From Oligoflexia bacterium (GTDB lineage: Bacteria; Bdellovibrionota; UBA1018): a stretch of 64,000 bases of DNA. The notes under the pieces were generated by a model. That model saw only the letters and a program-made list of their open reading frames with translations. It ran no database searches and was not told the origin of the DNA. Shown here in pieces: positions 56,238 to 64,000 of the stretch; position 1 is the first letter of the stretch; every line of letters begins with the position of its first letter. The translations under genes were made by a program, and so were the position numbers. Where the stretch lies: contig CAVWVI010000004.1 in assembly GCA_963758495.1 (NCBI GenBank), positions 704,001 to 768,000 on the forward strand. Reading direction: 5' to 3'.

Positions 56238-57563
56238 ATGCACGAAAACCTAGGCATGAAGTTCACAAACCGAACTGCAGAATTCATCGAACTCAATCAA
56301 CTCACCCAAAAGACTGGCATGCTCGTCATTTTTGGAAGAAGAAGAGTGGGAAAAACTCGTCTTATCACTCAATGGCTGAAGAAAAATGAAGGTTTGTATA
56401 CGCAAGCCATCGAAGGAGATCCGCATCTTCAACTCAAACAGATCTTTGACGATATTCAACCTTACTTAAGTACTTCAATTACACCCAAAACATGGAAAGA
56501 GTTTTTTGAAGTCTTAGAAATACAGAAAAAACCCTTAGTTTTCTGTATTGATGAATTTCCTTACTTAGTAGCTTCAGATCGCTCTTTACCCAGCATCTTC
56601 CAAAAATGGCTTGACCACGGCAATAGAAAGCAGATTTCTATTATTCTAATTGGCTCCAGTACTAACATGATGAACGATTTATTTTTGAATCGTTCTGCTC
56701 CCCTTTTTGGAAGAGCGACCAAAATTCTTCATATCGAGCCCATGGGTTATCCAGAGTTTTGTAGTGCTCTTGAACATCCCCAGGGATCTCAAGATTCCTT
56801 TTCTAAATTCTCTCTCGTTGGAGGGATACCGAAATATTGGGAATTCATAGAAGCAAAAATGAATGCCATTGAATCTGCCGAAAACTTATATTTCGGTTTT
56901 GCACCCTATATGGAAAATGAACCTAAACGAATCCTGTCAGATGAAAATATCTCAGGGCTCAATTCAATCAGTATTTTAGAGGTCGTTGGCAGAGGAGCTC
57001 ATAAACCTTCTGAAATTGCGCAACGTCTTGAAACAGCTCAAACTAATTTATCACGATATTTACAACAACTGAGTGATGCTTCTATTTTAATCCGAGAAAT
57101 CCCGTTTGGAGAAAGTCTTAGAAACTCAAAAAAATCGCTTTATCAAATCAAAGATCCAGCAATTCGCTTTTGGTACAGCACATTTAGCCCCCATCGAGTT
57201 TTATGGCAAACTTATGACACGTCTAAAAAAGCCCATCTCCTCAATCTTCACGCTTCCGCTGTATTCGAGAATCATTGTCGTCAGCTTTTCTTAAACGCTT
57301 CTCGGTATTGGGAGAAAGAAATTGAATTTGATATGGTTCGAACTCCGCATGATCCAGCGAACTCCGAAAACGACATCATTATTTCAGAAGTAAAATTTAA
57401 GAAACTCCTCAAAAAAGATCGCACTGACATTTTAGCTCGCTTAAAGTTCAGATGGAACCAAACTCAACTCTCAAAAAAGTACACTCATCCAAAATTTGAG
57501 GTTCTTGATCTAGAGATCCTTTCATCTATGCAGGCCATTGAATCTACATTAGGTGATCTCTAA
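56238..57563 (+). CDS. Archaeal-type AAA ATPase (ATPase_2, wHTH, DUF234-like)
   Basis: FTNR..E, GRRRVGKT, IDEFPYL, GGIPKY, IKDP..RFW, EFD...EVK. Confidence 0.85.
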   Translation: MHENLGMKFTNRTAEFIELNQLTQKTGMLVIFGRRRVGKTRLITQWLKKNEGLYTQAIEGDPHLQLKQIFDDIQPYLSTSITPKTWKEFFEVLEIQKKPLVFCIDEFPYLVASDRSLPSIFQKWLDHGNRKQISIILIGSSTNMMNDLFLNRSAPLFGRATKILHIEPMGYPEFCSALEHPQGSQDSFSKFSLVGGIPKYWEFIEAKMNAIESAENLYFGFAPYMENEPKRILSDENISGLNSISILEVVGRGAHKPSEIAQRLETAQTNLSRYLQQLSDASILIREIPFGESLRNSKKSLYQIKDPAIRFWYSTFSPHRVLWQTYDTSKKAHLLNLHASAVFENHCRQLFLNASRYWEKEIEFDMVRTPHDPANSENDIIISEVKFKKLLKKDRTDILARLKFRWNQTQLSKKYTHPKFEVLDLEILSSMQAIESTLGDL

Positions 57564-57572
57564 TACTGACAT

Positions 57573-58466
57573 CTAACCCTTACTAAACGGTACTCCCAAT
57601 GCCCGAGGAGCGCGGGCATGACCCACAAAACCCGCCAAAACAAATACCGTAACTAAATAAGGCAAGATTTGAATAAATTGAACAGGAACAGGCTCAGTTC
57701 CCCAAAGAACGATTCCTTGAAGTCGAATCTGAAGCGCATCCGTAAAACCAAATAACAAACAGGCCAGCGCCGTAGGAATGGGTTTCCATTTCCCAAATAT
57801 CAAGGCCGCAAGTGCCATGAATCCCCTACCCGCAGTCATATTTCTTGTAAAAGAAGATGCTAAAAAGATAGAGAGCGATGCGCCTCCTAGAGCGGCTAAT
57901 CCTCCACTCGTGAGAACTGCGATCCAGCGAACCCGCTTCACTCCTATGCCTGCAGAATCCAGTGCTTCAGGATGCTCTCCAGCAAATTGAACCCAAAGGC
58001 CCAAAGGGGTGTAATTCATCATCACCCAACTCAAGAAAACCAAGATCCACGCACCCCACACTGGAGCGGACTGAAGTCTGAACTCAAGAGGGATACTGGG
58101 GCTCGACGTGCTTGAACCATAGAGTATTTTTAGAATGAAGGGGGTCACCCCTGCTGCAAACATATTGATGGCCGTACCGGCCACAATCTGATCAGCACGT
58201 AATTCGATCACAAAAAATGCATAAAATGCTGCGAGTAAGATTCCTGCGCCCACAGCACCGATAATTCCCAGCCCGGGGGAATGCATTGAAAATGCAATAG
58301 CGGAAGCAGCCAATGCACCTACTAACATCATTCCTTCCAAAGCGATATTCACCACTCCAGAACGTTCACTCACCATTCCACCTAAGGCGGCAAAAAGTAA
58401 CGGAGTAGAAACCCGTAAAGTTGTACTCAATATCTGAAACAGGGAAATCATGAACTCAAGTGGCAT
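57573..58466 (-). CDS. Nucleoside/sugar ABC transporter permease
   Basis: SERSGVVNIALEGMML, GEHPEA, GRGFMALAALIFGKW. Confidence 0.92.
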   Translation of the reverse strand: MPLEFMISLFQILSTTLRVSTPLLFAALGGMVSERSGVVNIALEGMMLVGALAASAIAFSMHSPGLGIIGAVGAGILLAAFYAFFVIELRADQIVAGTAINMFAAGVTPFILKILYGSSTSSPSIPLEFRLQSAPVWGAWILVFLSWVMMNYTPLGLWVQFAGEHPEALDSAGIGVKRVRWIAVLTSGGLAALGGASLSIFLASSFTRNMTAGRGFMALAALIFGKWKPIPTALACLLFGFTDALQIRLQGIVLWGTEPVPVQFIQILPYLVTVFVLAGFVGHARAPRALGVPFSKG

Positions 58467-58484
58467 AAATTCAATCGCCTCACA

Positions 58485-59582
58485 TCATAAGTTTTCTGTG
58501 GATTCTGCTGGAAGTTTCACTTTTGATTGAGACTTAAATCCAAATCGTTTGCCGAAAACACTCCACAAGCCATTTGCCGAAACACATAAAATAACAAGTG
58601 ACTGGAGAATCAATGAAAAATCTCGTGTCACATTTTCGGTTTCCATGTCGAGATCAGAAGTTCCTTTATGAAGGGCACCAAAGAGGAAAGCCGATGCAAT
58701 CACCCCTAAAGGTCGATTTCGACCCAAAAGTGCTACTGCGATTCCCATAAACCCATAGCCAGGAGAAAATCCTAATTTAAACCGTCCTGCATTTCCAAGT
58801 ACTTCACTCACGCCCACTAATCCGGCAAGACCACCTGAAATAGTCATAGCCAGAATTCGAATCTTAGCGGCGTCGATTCCAGCAGCACGGGCAGCTGACT
58901 CGCTCTGTCCAACTGCACGAATTTCATATCCCAGAGCAGTTTTCCAAAGAAAAAACCAAAATAATACGGCCACAAATAAAGCGATGAAAATCGCCACGCT
59001 TACCGGCGCTTCTCCAAAGAAGTTCAGATGAGAAATCAAATAGCCTGGACCCACAGACTCAGTTTCTGGATTTTGAGTATTTGGATTTTTTAATAAATAC
59101 AGCGTGACCCAACTGCACATCCCAGAAGCAATAAAGTTGAGCATAATCGTATTAATAACTTCATGACTTCCTCTTCTCGCGCGAAGCCATCCTGGAATTG
59201 CACCCCATAGAGCAGCTGCACAAAATGCTGCAATACCCGCGAGTAAAGGCGCCCAGGGTGAAGACAGATTCGGGAAAAAAATTCCAACCGCCGCTGCTGC
59301 TAACGCCCCTAATGCAAGCTGTCCTTCTGCACCAATATTAAAAAGACCCGCGTGAAATGCAAATGCAACTGAAAGACCTGTAAAAATTAAAGGAGTTGCA
59401 TAAAAGAGAGTCATTCCAAAGTCGTAACGGGAACCAAAGGCGCTTTTCACAAGAATTTGAAAAACGTTCCATGGGTTTTCACCTGCGATTTGAGTGATCA
59501 ACAGCCCAATTCCCAGTCCTAAAATAACCGAACAAAGAGGCTTTAAGAGATCTAATAACTTTTGTTTAATAAGAGGGCTCAT
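58485..59582 (-). CDS. Nucleoside/sugar ABC transporter permease
   Basis: GLFNIGAEGQ, HEVINTIMLN, GYEIRAVG, GFMGIAVALLG. Confidence 0.92.
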   Translation of the reverse strand: MSPLIKQKLLDLLKPLCSVILGLGIGLLITQIAGENPWNVFQILVKSAFGSRYDFGMTLFYATPLIFTGLSVAFAFHAGLFNIGAEGQLALGALAAAAVGIFFPNLSSPWAPLLAGIAAFCAAALWGAIPGWLRARRGSHEVINTIMLNFIASGMCSWVTLYLLKNPNTQNPETESVGPGYLISHLNFFGEAPVSVAIFIALFVAVLFWFFLWKTALGYEIRAVGQSESAARAAGIDAAKIRILAMTISGGLAGLVGVSEVLGNAGRFKLGFSPGYGFMGIAVALLGRNRPLGVIASAFLFGALHKGTSDLDMETENVTRDFSLILQSLVILCVSANGLWSVFGKRFGFKSQSKVKLPAESTENL

Positions 59583-61135
59583 ACGCTCACAGCTCCTCCC
59601 ATTCGGAGACCCAAAACCTTCTCAGATACTTCGCCACGATTGAACTCCGCAACGATTCGCCCCTCGTACATCACTAAAATTCGATCGGAGAGCGCAAAGA
59701 TCTCATCAAGCTCTGACGAAATAAGCAAAACCCCGCTCCCTTGTGCGCGGGCCGCCAAGATTCGTTTATGTATAAACTCAATTGCACCTACATCCACTCC
59801 GCGAGTGGGTTGAGCAGCAATTAAAAACTGAGGCGAATATTGAAACTCTCTCGCAATCACCAATTTTTGTTGATTTCCCCCTGAGAGGGCCGCTGAAAGA
59901 ATTTGACTAGAACGGGGTCGAATATCATATTCTTCAAAAACGCTCTTTATAGTTTCATTGAGGTGTTTTAAGGAGATCAGCCCTTTTTTATAAAAAGGCT
60001 TTCTTCGTTGAATACCTAAAAGAAAGCTCTCCCAAACTGGCCGCCCCAGGAGCAAGGCATCCCGATGACGATCATCTGGGACCACTCCAACGCCCAAAGC
60101 TTTCACTTGATCAGCATTAAAATTTCGAACATCTTTTCCAAATAAACGGAGAGAACCCTTCATCTGAGCAGAATAATCTTTTGGATGAAGAAGAAGCTGA
60201 AGTAATTCTGCTTGCCCATTTCCTTCAACACCTGAGATTCCTACAATTTCTCCCTTTCGAATTCGAATATTTAAATTTTGAAGTGGGCGATTCACAGCAA
60301 GGCTGACATCATCCATCTCCAAAACGGGAGCACCTAAAACCGCTACTGGGGGAGTTTCACCTTGAAGGCTCACCTTCCGTCCCACCATCAATGACGCTAG
60401 ATCTTCTACATTGGTTTCATGAGTTTCGCGTTCACCTACAACACGCCCCGCCCGAAAAACAGTGACACGATCCGCAAGGCTCATCACTTCTTTAAGCTTA
60501 TGTGTAATGATCAGAACCGTTTTTCCCTGATCGCAAAGTTTTTTTAAATTAGCAAATAACTCTGTCGTTTCTTGAGGGGTGAGCACAGCTGTAGGCTCAT
60601 CTAAAATTAAAATTTTTGCATCCCGATAAAGAAGCTTTAGAATCTCAATCCTTTGTTGGACTCCTACCGATAAATCCTCAACTTTTGCATCCCAATCTAC
60701 ATGCAGACCATATTGCCGCGAAATCAGCTCAAGTTTCTTTCGTGCCGACTCATAATCGATTGGACGAAATATGCGGGGTAACCATTTCCAACGAGAAGAA
60801 GATTGTTCAACGCCTAATAGAATATTATTGAGTACGGTCAGAGGGCCACCCAACATAAAATGTTGATGGACCATGCCAATTCCACATTGAATAGCATCAA
60901 ATGGAGATGACCACGCCTTAAGGCGCCCCCCCCAAAGATCGCCGTTGATAAAAATATTACCTTGATCAGGCTGGTAAGTTCCATACAGGAGTTTCATTGC
61001 TGTGGATTTACCCGCACCGTTTTCGCCGACAATGGCGTGGATGCTTCCTGTTTTAACTTTTAAATGGATTTCTGCATTGGCACAAACACCATTAAAAGAT
61101 TTACTCAGTCCTTGAAGTTCAACGGCAAATTTCAT
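59579..61135 (-). CDS. Nucleoside/sugar ABC transporter ATP-binding protein (double NBD)
   Basis: GENGAGKST, GIGMVHQHFML, LDEPTAVLTPQE, LSGGNQQK, QPTRGVDVGA. Confidence 0.95.
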   Translation of the reverse strand: MKFAVELQGLSKSFNGVCANAEIHLKVKTGSIHAIVGENGAGKSTAMKLLYGTYQPDQGNIFINGDLWGGRLKAWSSPFDAIQCGIGMVHQHFMLGGPLTVLNNILLGVEQSSSRWKWLPRIFRPIDYESARKKLELISRQYGLHVDWDAKVEDLSVGVQQRIEILKLLYRDAKILILDEPTAVLTPQETTELFANLKKLCDQGKTVLIITHKLKEVMSLADRVTVFRAGRVVGERETHETNVEDLASLMVGRKVSLQGETPPVAVLGAPVLEMDDVSLAVNRPLQNLNIRIRKGEIVGISGVEGNGQAELLQLLLHPKDYSAQMKGSLRLFGKDVRNFNADQVKALGVGVVPDDRHRDALLLGRPVWESFLLGIQRRKPFYKKGLISLKHLNETIKSVFEEYDIRPRSSQILSAALSGGNQQKLVIAREFQYSPQFLIAAQPTRGVDVGAIEFIHKRILAARAQGSGVLLISSELDEIFALSDRILVMYEGRIVAEFNRGEVSEKVLGLRMGGAVSV

Positions 61136-62157
61136 TTTCTAGTTTTATAATAATCGGGCACTTGAATTTTACCCGAAATAATTTCAATCTTTAACTCATC
61201 CGCTCGCTTCTTAACGAGTGGCAATAGCAACTTATTATTATCATTATCAAACGTGTAGTCGACCCCCTGATTGGCTAGTCCAAATCGTTGAGTACCTGCC
61301 GTAAATTTTCCTTGGGCTGCATCTTTACATGCCGTAAAAACAGCCTGGTCCACTCGTTTGACCATACTAGTCAATACAAAACCTGGCTTGACCCAATTCT
61401 GATTTGAATCAACACCTATCGCTAACTTCTTCTTTTCTTCGGCTGCGTCAAACAACCCCATCCCAGAAGCCCCTGCTGCAGAAAAAATAACATCAGCGCC
61501 TTGATCATATTGTGAAATCGCTAAGACCTTCTCTCCTGCAGGATTATTCCACGAATCAGCAGTCAGTCCGACATAATTTGATATGACTTTAATCTTCGGG
61601 TTAATGTGTTTAGCTCCTGCCTCAAATCCAACCTTAAATCGACGAATCAGCGGAATATCCACTCCGCCAATAAAGCCTACCGTTCCAGTCTTTGAAGTTT
61701 GAGCCGCAATAGCTCCTACAATAAATGAACCTTCATGTTCCTCAAATAAAAGAGATCTCACATTAGGAGCGTTTACTTCTCCATCTACAATTGCAAAATG
61801 TCCCTGAGGATAATCTGCCGCTACTTTTTTAAGCGCATCTACTTGCGAAACACCTATTGAAATAATTAAATCAAACTTGTTCTTTGCGAACCCTCGAATC
61901 GCCGGCTCAAATGCATTATCATCCGTTGCTTCTACAACCTTTACAAAAGACTTCGATTCACTTTTAAACTGCATTGCACCTTTATAAGCAGCAGAATTAA
62001 AAGATTTGTCATCCTTACCGCCCTTATCCAACACGAGGCCTATCCGAATATCAGCTGCAGCAGCTAAGTGCCCGACTAAAAGACTCCAAATGGCAATAAA
62101 AATTAAAAAATTCTTCGATGACTTTCTAAAAATATTCATGCGCCTCTCTTCTCGCAC
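61132..62157 (-). CDS. BMP-family ABC substrate-binding protein
   Basis: GGKDDKSFNSAAY.G, FEEHEGSF, GADVIFSAAG, IGVDSNQ, LTSMVKRVD. Confidence 0.93.
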   Translation of the reverse strand: MREERRMNIFRKSSKNFLIFIAIWSLLVGHLAAAADIRIGLVLDKGGKDDKSFNSAAYKGAMQFKSESKSFVKVVEATDDNAFEPAIRGFAKNKFDLIISIGVSQVDALKKVAADYPQGHFAIVDGEVNAPNVRSLLFEEHEGSFIVGAIAAQTSKTGTVGFIGGVDIPLIRRFKVGFEAGAKHINPKIKVISNYVGLTADSWNNPAGEKVLAISQYDQGADVIFSAAGASGMGLFDAAEEKKKLAIGVDSNQNWVKPGFVLTSMVKRVDQAVFTACKDAAQGKFTAGTQRFGLANQGVDYTFDNDNNKLLLPLVKKRADELKIEIISGKIQVPDYYKTRK

Positions 62158-62312
62158 ATCCTGTGCGCTGGCTCAACCGCTAACATAACTATTCAACGCT
62201 AAACTTGTGATCATAAATTTTTTCTTGACAGAAATATTGCGTAGCGTTAGATAGATGCTCGCTAGACACCTAAGAATTGTGGCATATCAAAAGGAAATAT
62301 TAAGAGAAGTCT

Positions 62313-63173
62313 ATGGAAATGGTTCATTTCATACCATCAAGCCAACGTCGCTTTGCTCTTTTAGCAGCACAAGCTGACTCGGCACCTGCCTTAATTTATG
62401 GCGCCAGTGGTACTGGAAAAGGAGCCATCGCGTACTGGATCCATTCAAATGGCCCCCGTGCTGCACATATCTTCCTTATGGCTAATCAAGAAAAACCCCT
62501 GGTCGGCCAGATTTTAGAAGCCCAAGGGGGAACTCTCATTATTCCAGAAATGGGTGAATGGCCTCTTTCTGAACAGAAAATTTTATTAGGATATTTAAAA
62601 ACTAAATCCGTTCCTTGTCCTGGCAACGTCCATATGCCCATGATCGCCAATGTACGAATCATCGGAACAACAAGCCAAGCCCTTGAAGGCAGAGCACAAG
62701 GTGGCCTTTTTAATATTGAATTACTCGAAAAATTGAACGTTTTTCGAATTGAGATGCCCCCTCTCTCTAAGAGAGTGGATGAATTTGACGACATTGTGAT
62801 TGGAATTATCGGGGAAATTACTAGAGAGTTACACAAAGACCATTTACGAACACTATCAACTGATGTTTGGAAGCGCCTGCGATCGTATGATTGGCCTGGG
62901 AATTTGCGTGAACTGAGAAACGTATTAAGGCTTGCTGCTGCAGCTTCAAAAGGCGATCAAATTGAACTTTCCGATTTGCCTGACTTTGGCTCTGCGCGGA
63001 TTGATTTTCGTGCAACACGCGAGCAATTTGAAAAAATTTATATCTTGGAGTTACTCAAGACTTTTAATTGGGAAATTGACAAAACGTGCAAAATGACCCG
63101 TATTGATAAAAACACCCTACTCTCCAAGATTAAACATTACGGGATTGCTGTCGAAAGACTGTCAATCTCGTAG
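62313..63173 (+). CDS. Degenerate sigma-54-interaction (AAA+) domain protein with Fis HTH
   Basis: GASGTGK, RIIGTT, YDWPGNLRELRNV, C-terminal HTH; GAFTGA loop absent. Confidence 0.8.
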   Translation: MEMVHFIPSSQRRFALLAAQADSAPALIYGASGTGKGAIAYWIHSNGPRAAHIFLMANQEKPLVGQILEAQGGTLIIPEMGEWPLSEQKILLGYLKTKSVPCPGNVHMPMIANVRIIGTTSQALEGRAQGGLFNIELLEKLNVFRIEMPPLSKRVDEFDDIVIGIIGEITRELHKDHLRTLSTDVWKRLRSYDWPGNLRELRNVLRLAAAASKGDQIELSDLPDFGSARIDFRATREQFEKIYILELLKTFNWEIDKTCKMTRIDKNTLLSKIKHYGIAVERLSIS

Positions 63174-63231
63174 CCGCTTCTGGAAGCCACCCCCTATATC
63201 CCCCCAAGGCTTCCAGAAGTGGTCCTTTTTT
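63174..63231 (+). terminator. Probable intrinsic terminator between convergent genes
   Basis: CCGCTTCTGGAAGCC...GGCTTCCAGAAGTGG followed by TCCTTTTTT. Confidence 0.65.
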
Positions 63232-63256
63232 AACCTTTCAAAATTTAAATTAGAAT

Positions 63257-63775
63257 CTAAAGGAACTCCTTAGATTCTAATTTAAATCGTGGATCATACT
63301 TGCCGCTTGACAATAGATTACAACAATCTGCGCATGCAAGAACTCCCAGTTTGACATGACTTGGAAACTGCTTTCCACACGCTTTACATTGATAAAGGTA
63401 CCGATTCGCCCGTAACCGAGGTACTGGATTGTAACGACTCACTCCCATATCCCGCATTTTTGCGAGAAACTGAGAGGTATGACCATGGGGCCGCTCCCTC
63501 ACCCATAGCCAGTAATGAATCATTTCGTGAGCAAGAGTATCATAAATTAATTTCGAAGCATTTTGCTGTTGAGTCAAATAGGAAGCAATTTCGATTTTTG
63601 GAGAAAACCTGCGAAGGTCCTTTCGCTTCCCTGGTATAAATCGACCTGCACTTGAACGAAGTCGCGAGTTCCACTGAAGATCAGGCACGTCCAAAAAACC
63701 ATCAAAGTAAGCCTGATTAATTTCTGAAAAAAGAGTAATTAATAGGGTTTCAGGTATTGAAAAAGCGGGACACAT
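63257..63775 (-). CDS. SprT-like zinc metalloprotease
   Basis: WNSRLRSSAG, TLAHEMIH, HGH...F, Y.Y.CKAC...CADC. Confidence 0.9.
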   Translation of the reverse strand: MCPAFSIPETLLITLFSEINQAYFDGFLDVPDLQWNSRLRSSAGRFIPGKRKDLRRFSPKIEIASYLTQQQNASKLIYDTLAHEMIHYWLWVRERPHGHTSQFLAKMRDMGVSRYNPVPRLRANRYLYQCKACGKQFPSHVKLGVLACADCCNLLSSGKYDPRFKLESKEFL

Positions 63776-63851
63776 TTAAACAGAATACCGCTTGGCTAGT
63801 CCAAAATACAGAGATATAGTTGAAAACTTTCCGGAAGGCGGTAGTGAATCA

Positions 63852-64000
63852 ATGTCCTTCACCTCAGAACCTCAAGTCATGCGAGCCCTAGAATGGGATC
63901 GATTCATTGAGCTTGCTCAAGTCGAAGTTCGTACAGAGCCCGGTAAAACTCTACTGGATCAGTTAAAAGACTCAACACATTGGGCTGCTGATATTTTAAT
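63852..64000 (+). CDS. mutS2: Probable MutS2 N-terminus (partial, runs off the window)
   Basis: Hand translation MSFTSEPQVMRALEWDRFIELAQVEVRTEPGKTLLDQL resembles the MutS2 start (LE[WF]..I......T..G). Confidence 0.55.
   Translation, partial: MSFTSEPQVMRALEWDRFIELAQVEVRTEPGKTLLDQLKDSTHWAADIL

Noticed and set aside
23691..57563. The two stand-alone AAA ATPases (23691-24857, 56238-57563) as a novel defence system
   Set aside because: Both belong to widespread, often solitary families, lie 31 kb apart and have no dedicated partner here beyond proximity of one to hicAB.

Overview
Mostly ordinary chromosomal backbone of a Gram-negative bacterium. Gene content (sigma-54 regulators, CcsBA, CpaF, Rsm22-like methyltransferase) suggests Bdellovibrionota or a related deltaproteobacteria-like lineage; this is an inference. 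Housekeeping genes include a UvrD/PcrA helicase, ccsB/ccsA, rRNA methyltransferases, bcp, NFACT/RqcH, cca, ftsK, a ROK kinase, an SMR pair, an NtrC-type two-component system, epmA, a type I secretion/efflux trio, ABC transporters, hicAB and the start of mutS2. The unusual part is an accessory island at about 5.5-12.3 kb. It holds (i) a tandem of signal-peptide-bearing Hint-domain polymorphic-toxin-like genes, one with a twice-repeated Cys-rich module and one frameshifted but retaining a toxin tip plus a candidate immunity gene; (ii) a 5'-truncated IS110 transposase whose 3' non-coding region folds like a bridge/seek RNA; (iii) a ~190-bp decayed inverted copy of part of the neighbouring gene; (iv) a structured leader that sequesters an SD and ATG; and (v) a translationally coupled AbiGi-like gene plus an unrecognised partner, a candidate anti-phage system. 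Elsewhere: a signal-peptide/lipobox Ser/Thr kinase with hexapeptide repeats, three apparent pseudo-enzymes (biotin carboxylase-BCCP without the biotinyl Lys, His-less Hpt, degenerate sigma-54 activator), an orphan long hairpin at 52.05-52.14 kb, and several probable leaderless promoters. No rRNA, tRNA or CRISPR array was seen. All family assignments come from motif recognition by eye.
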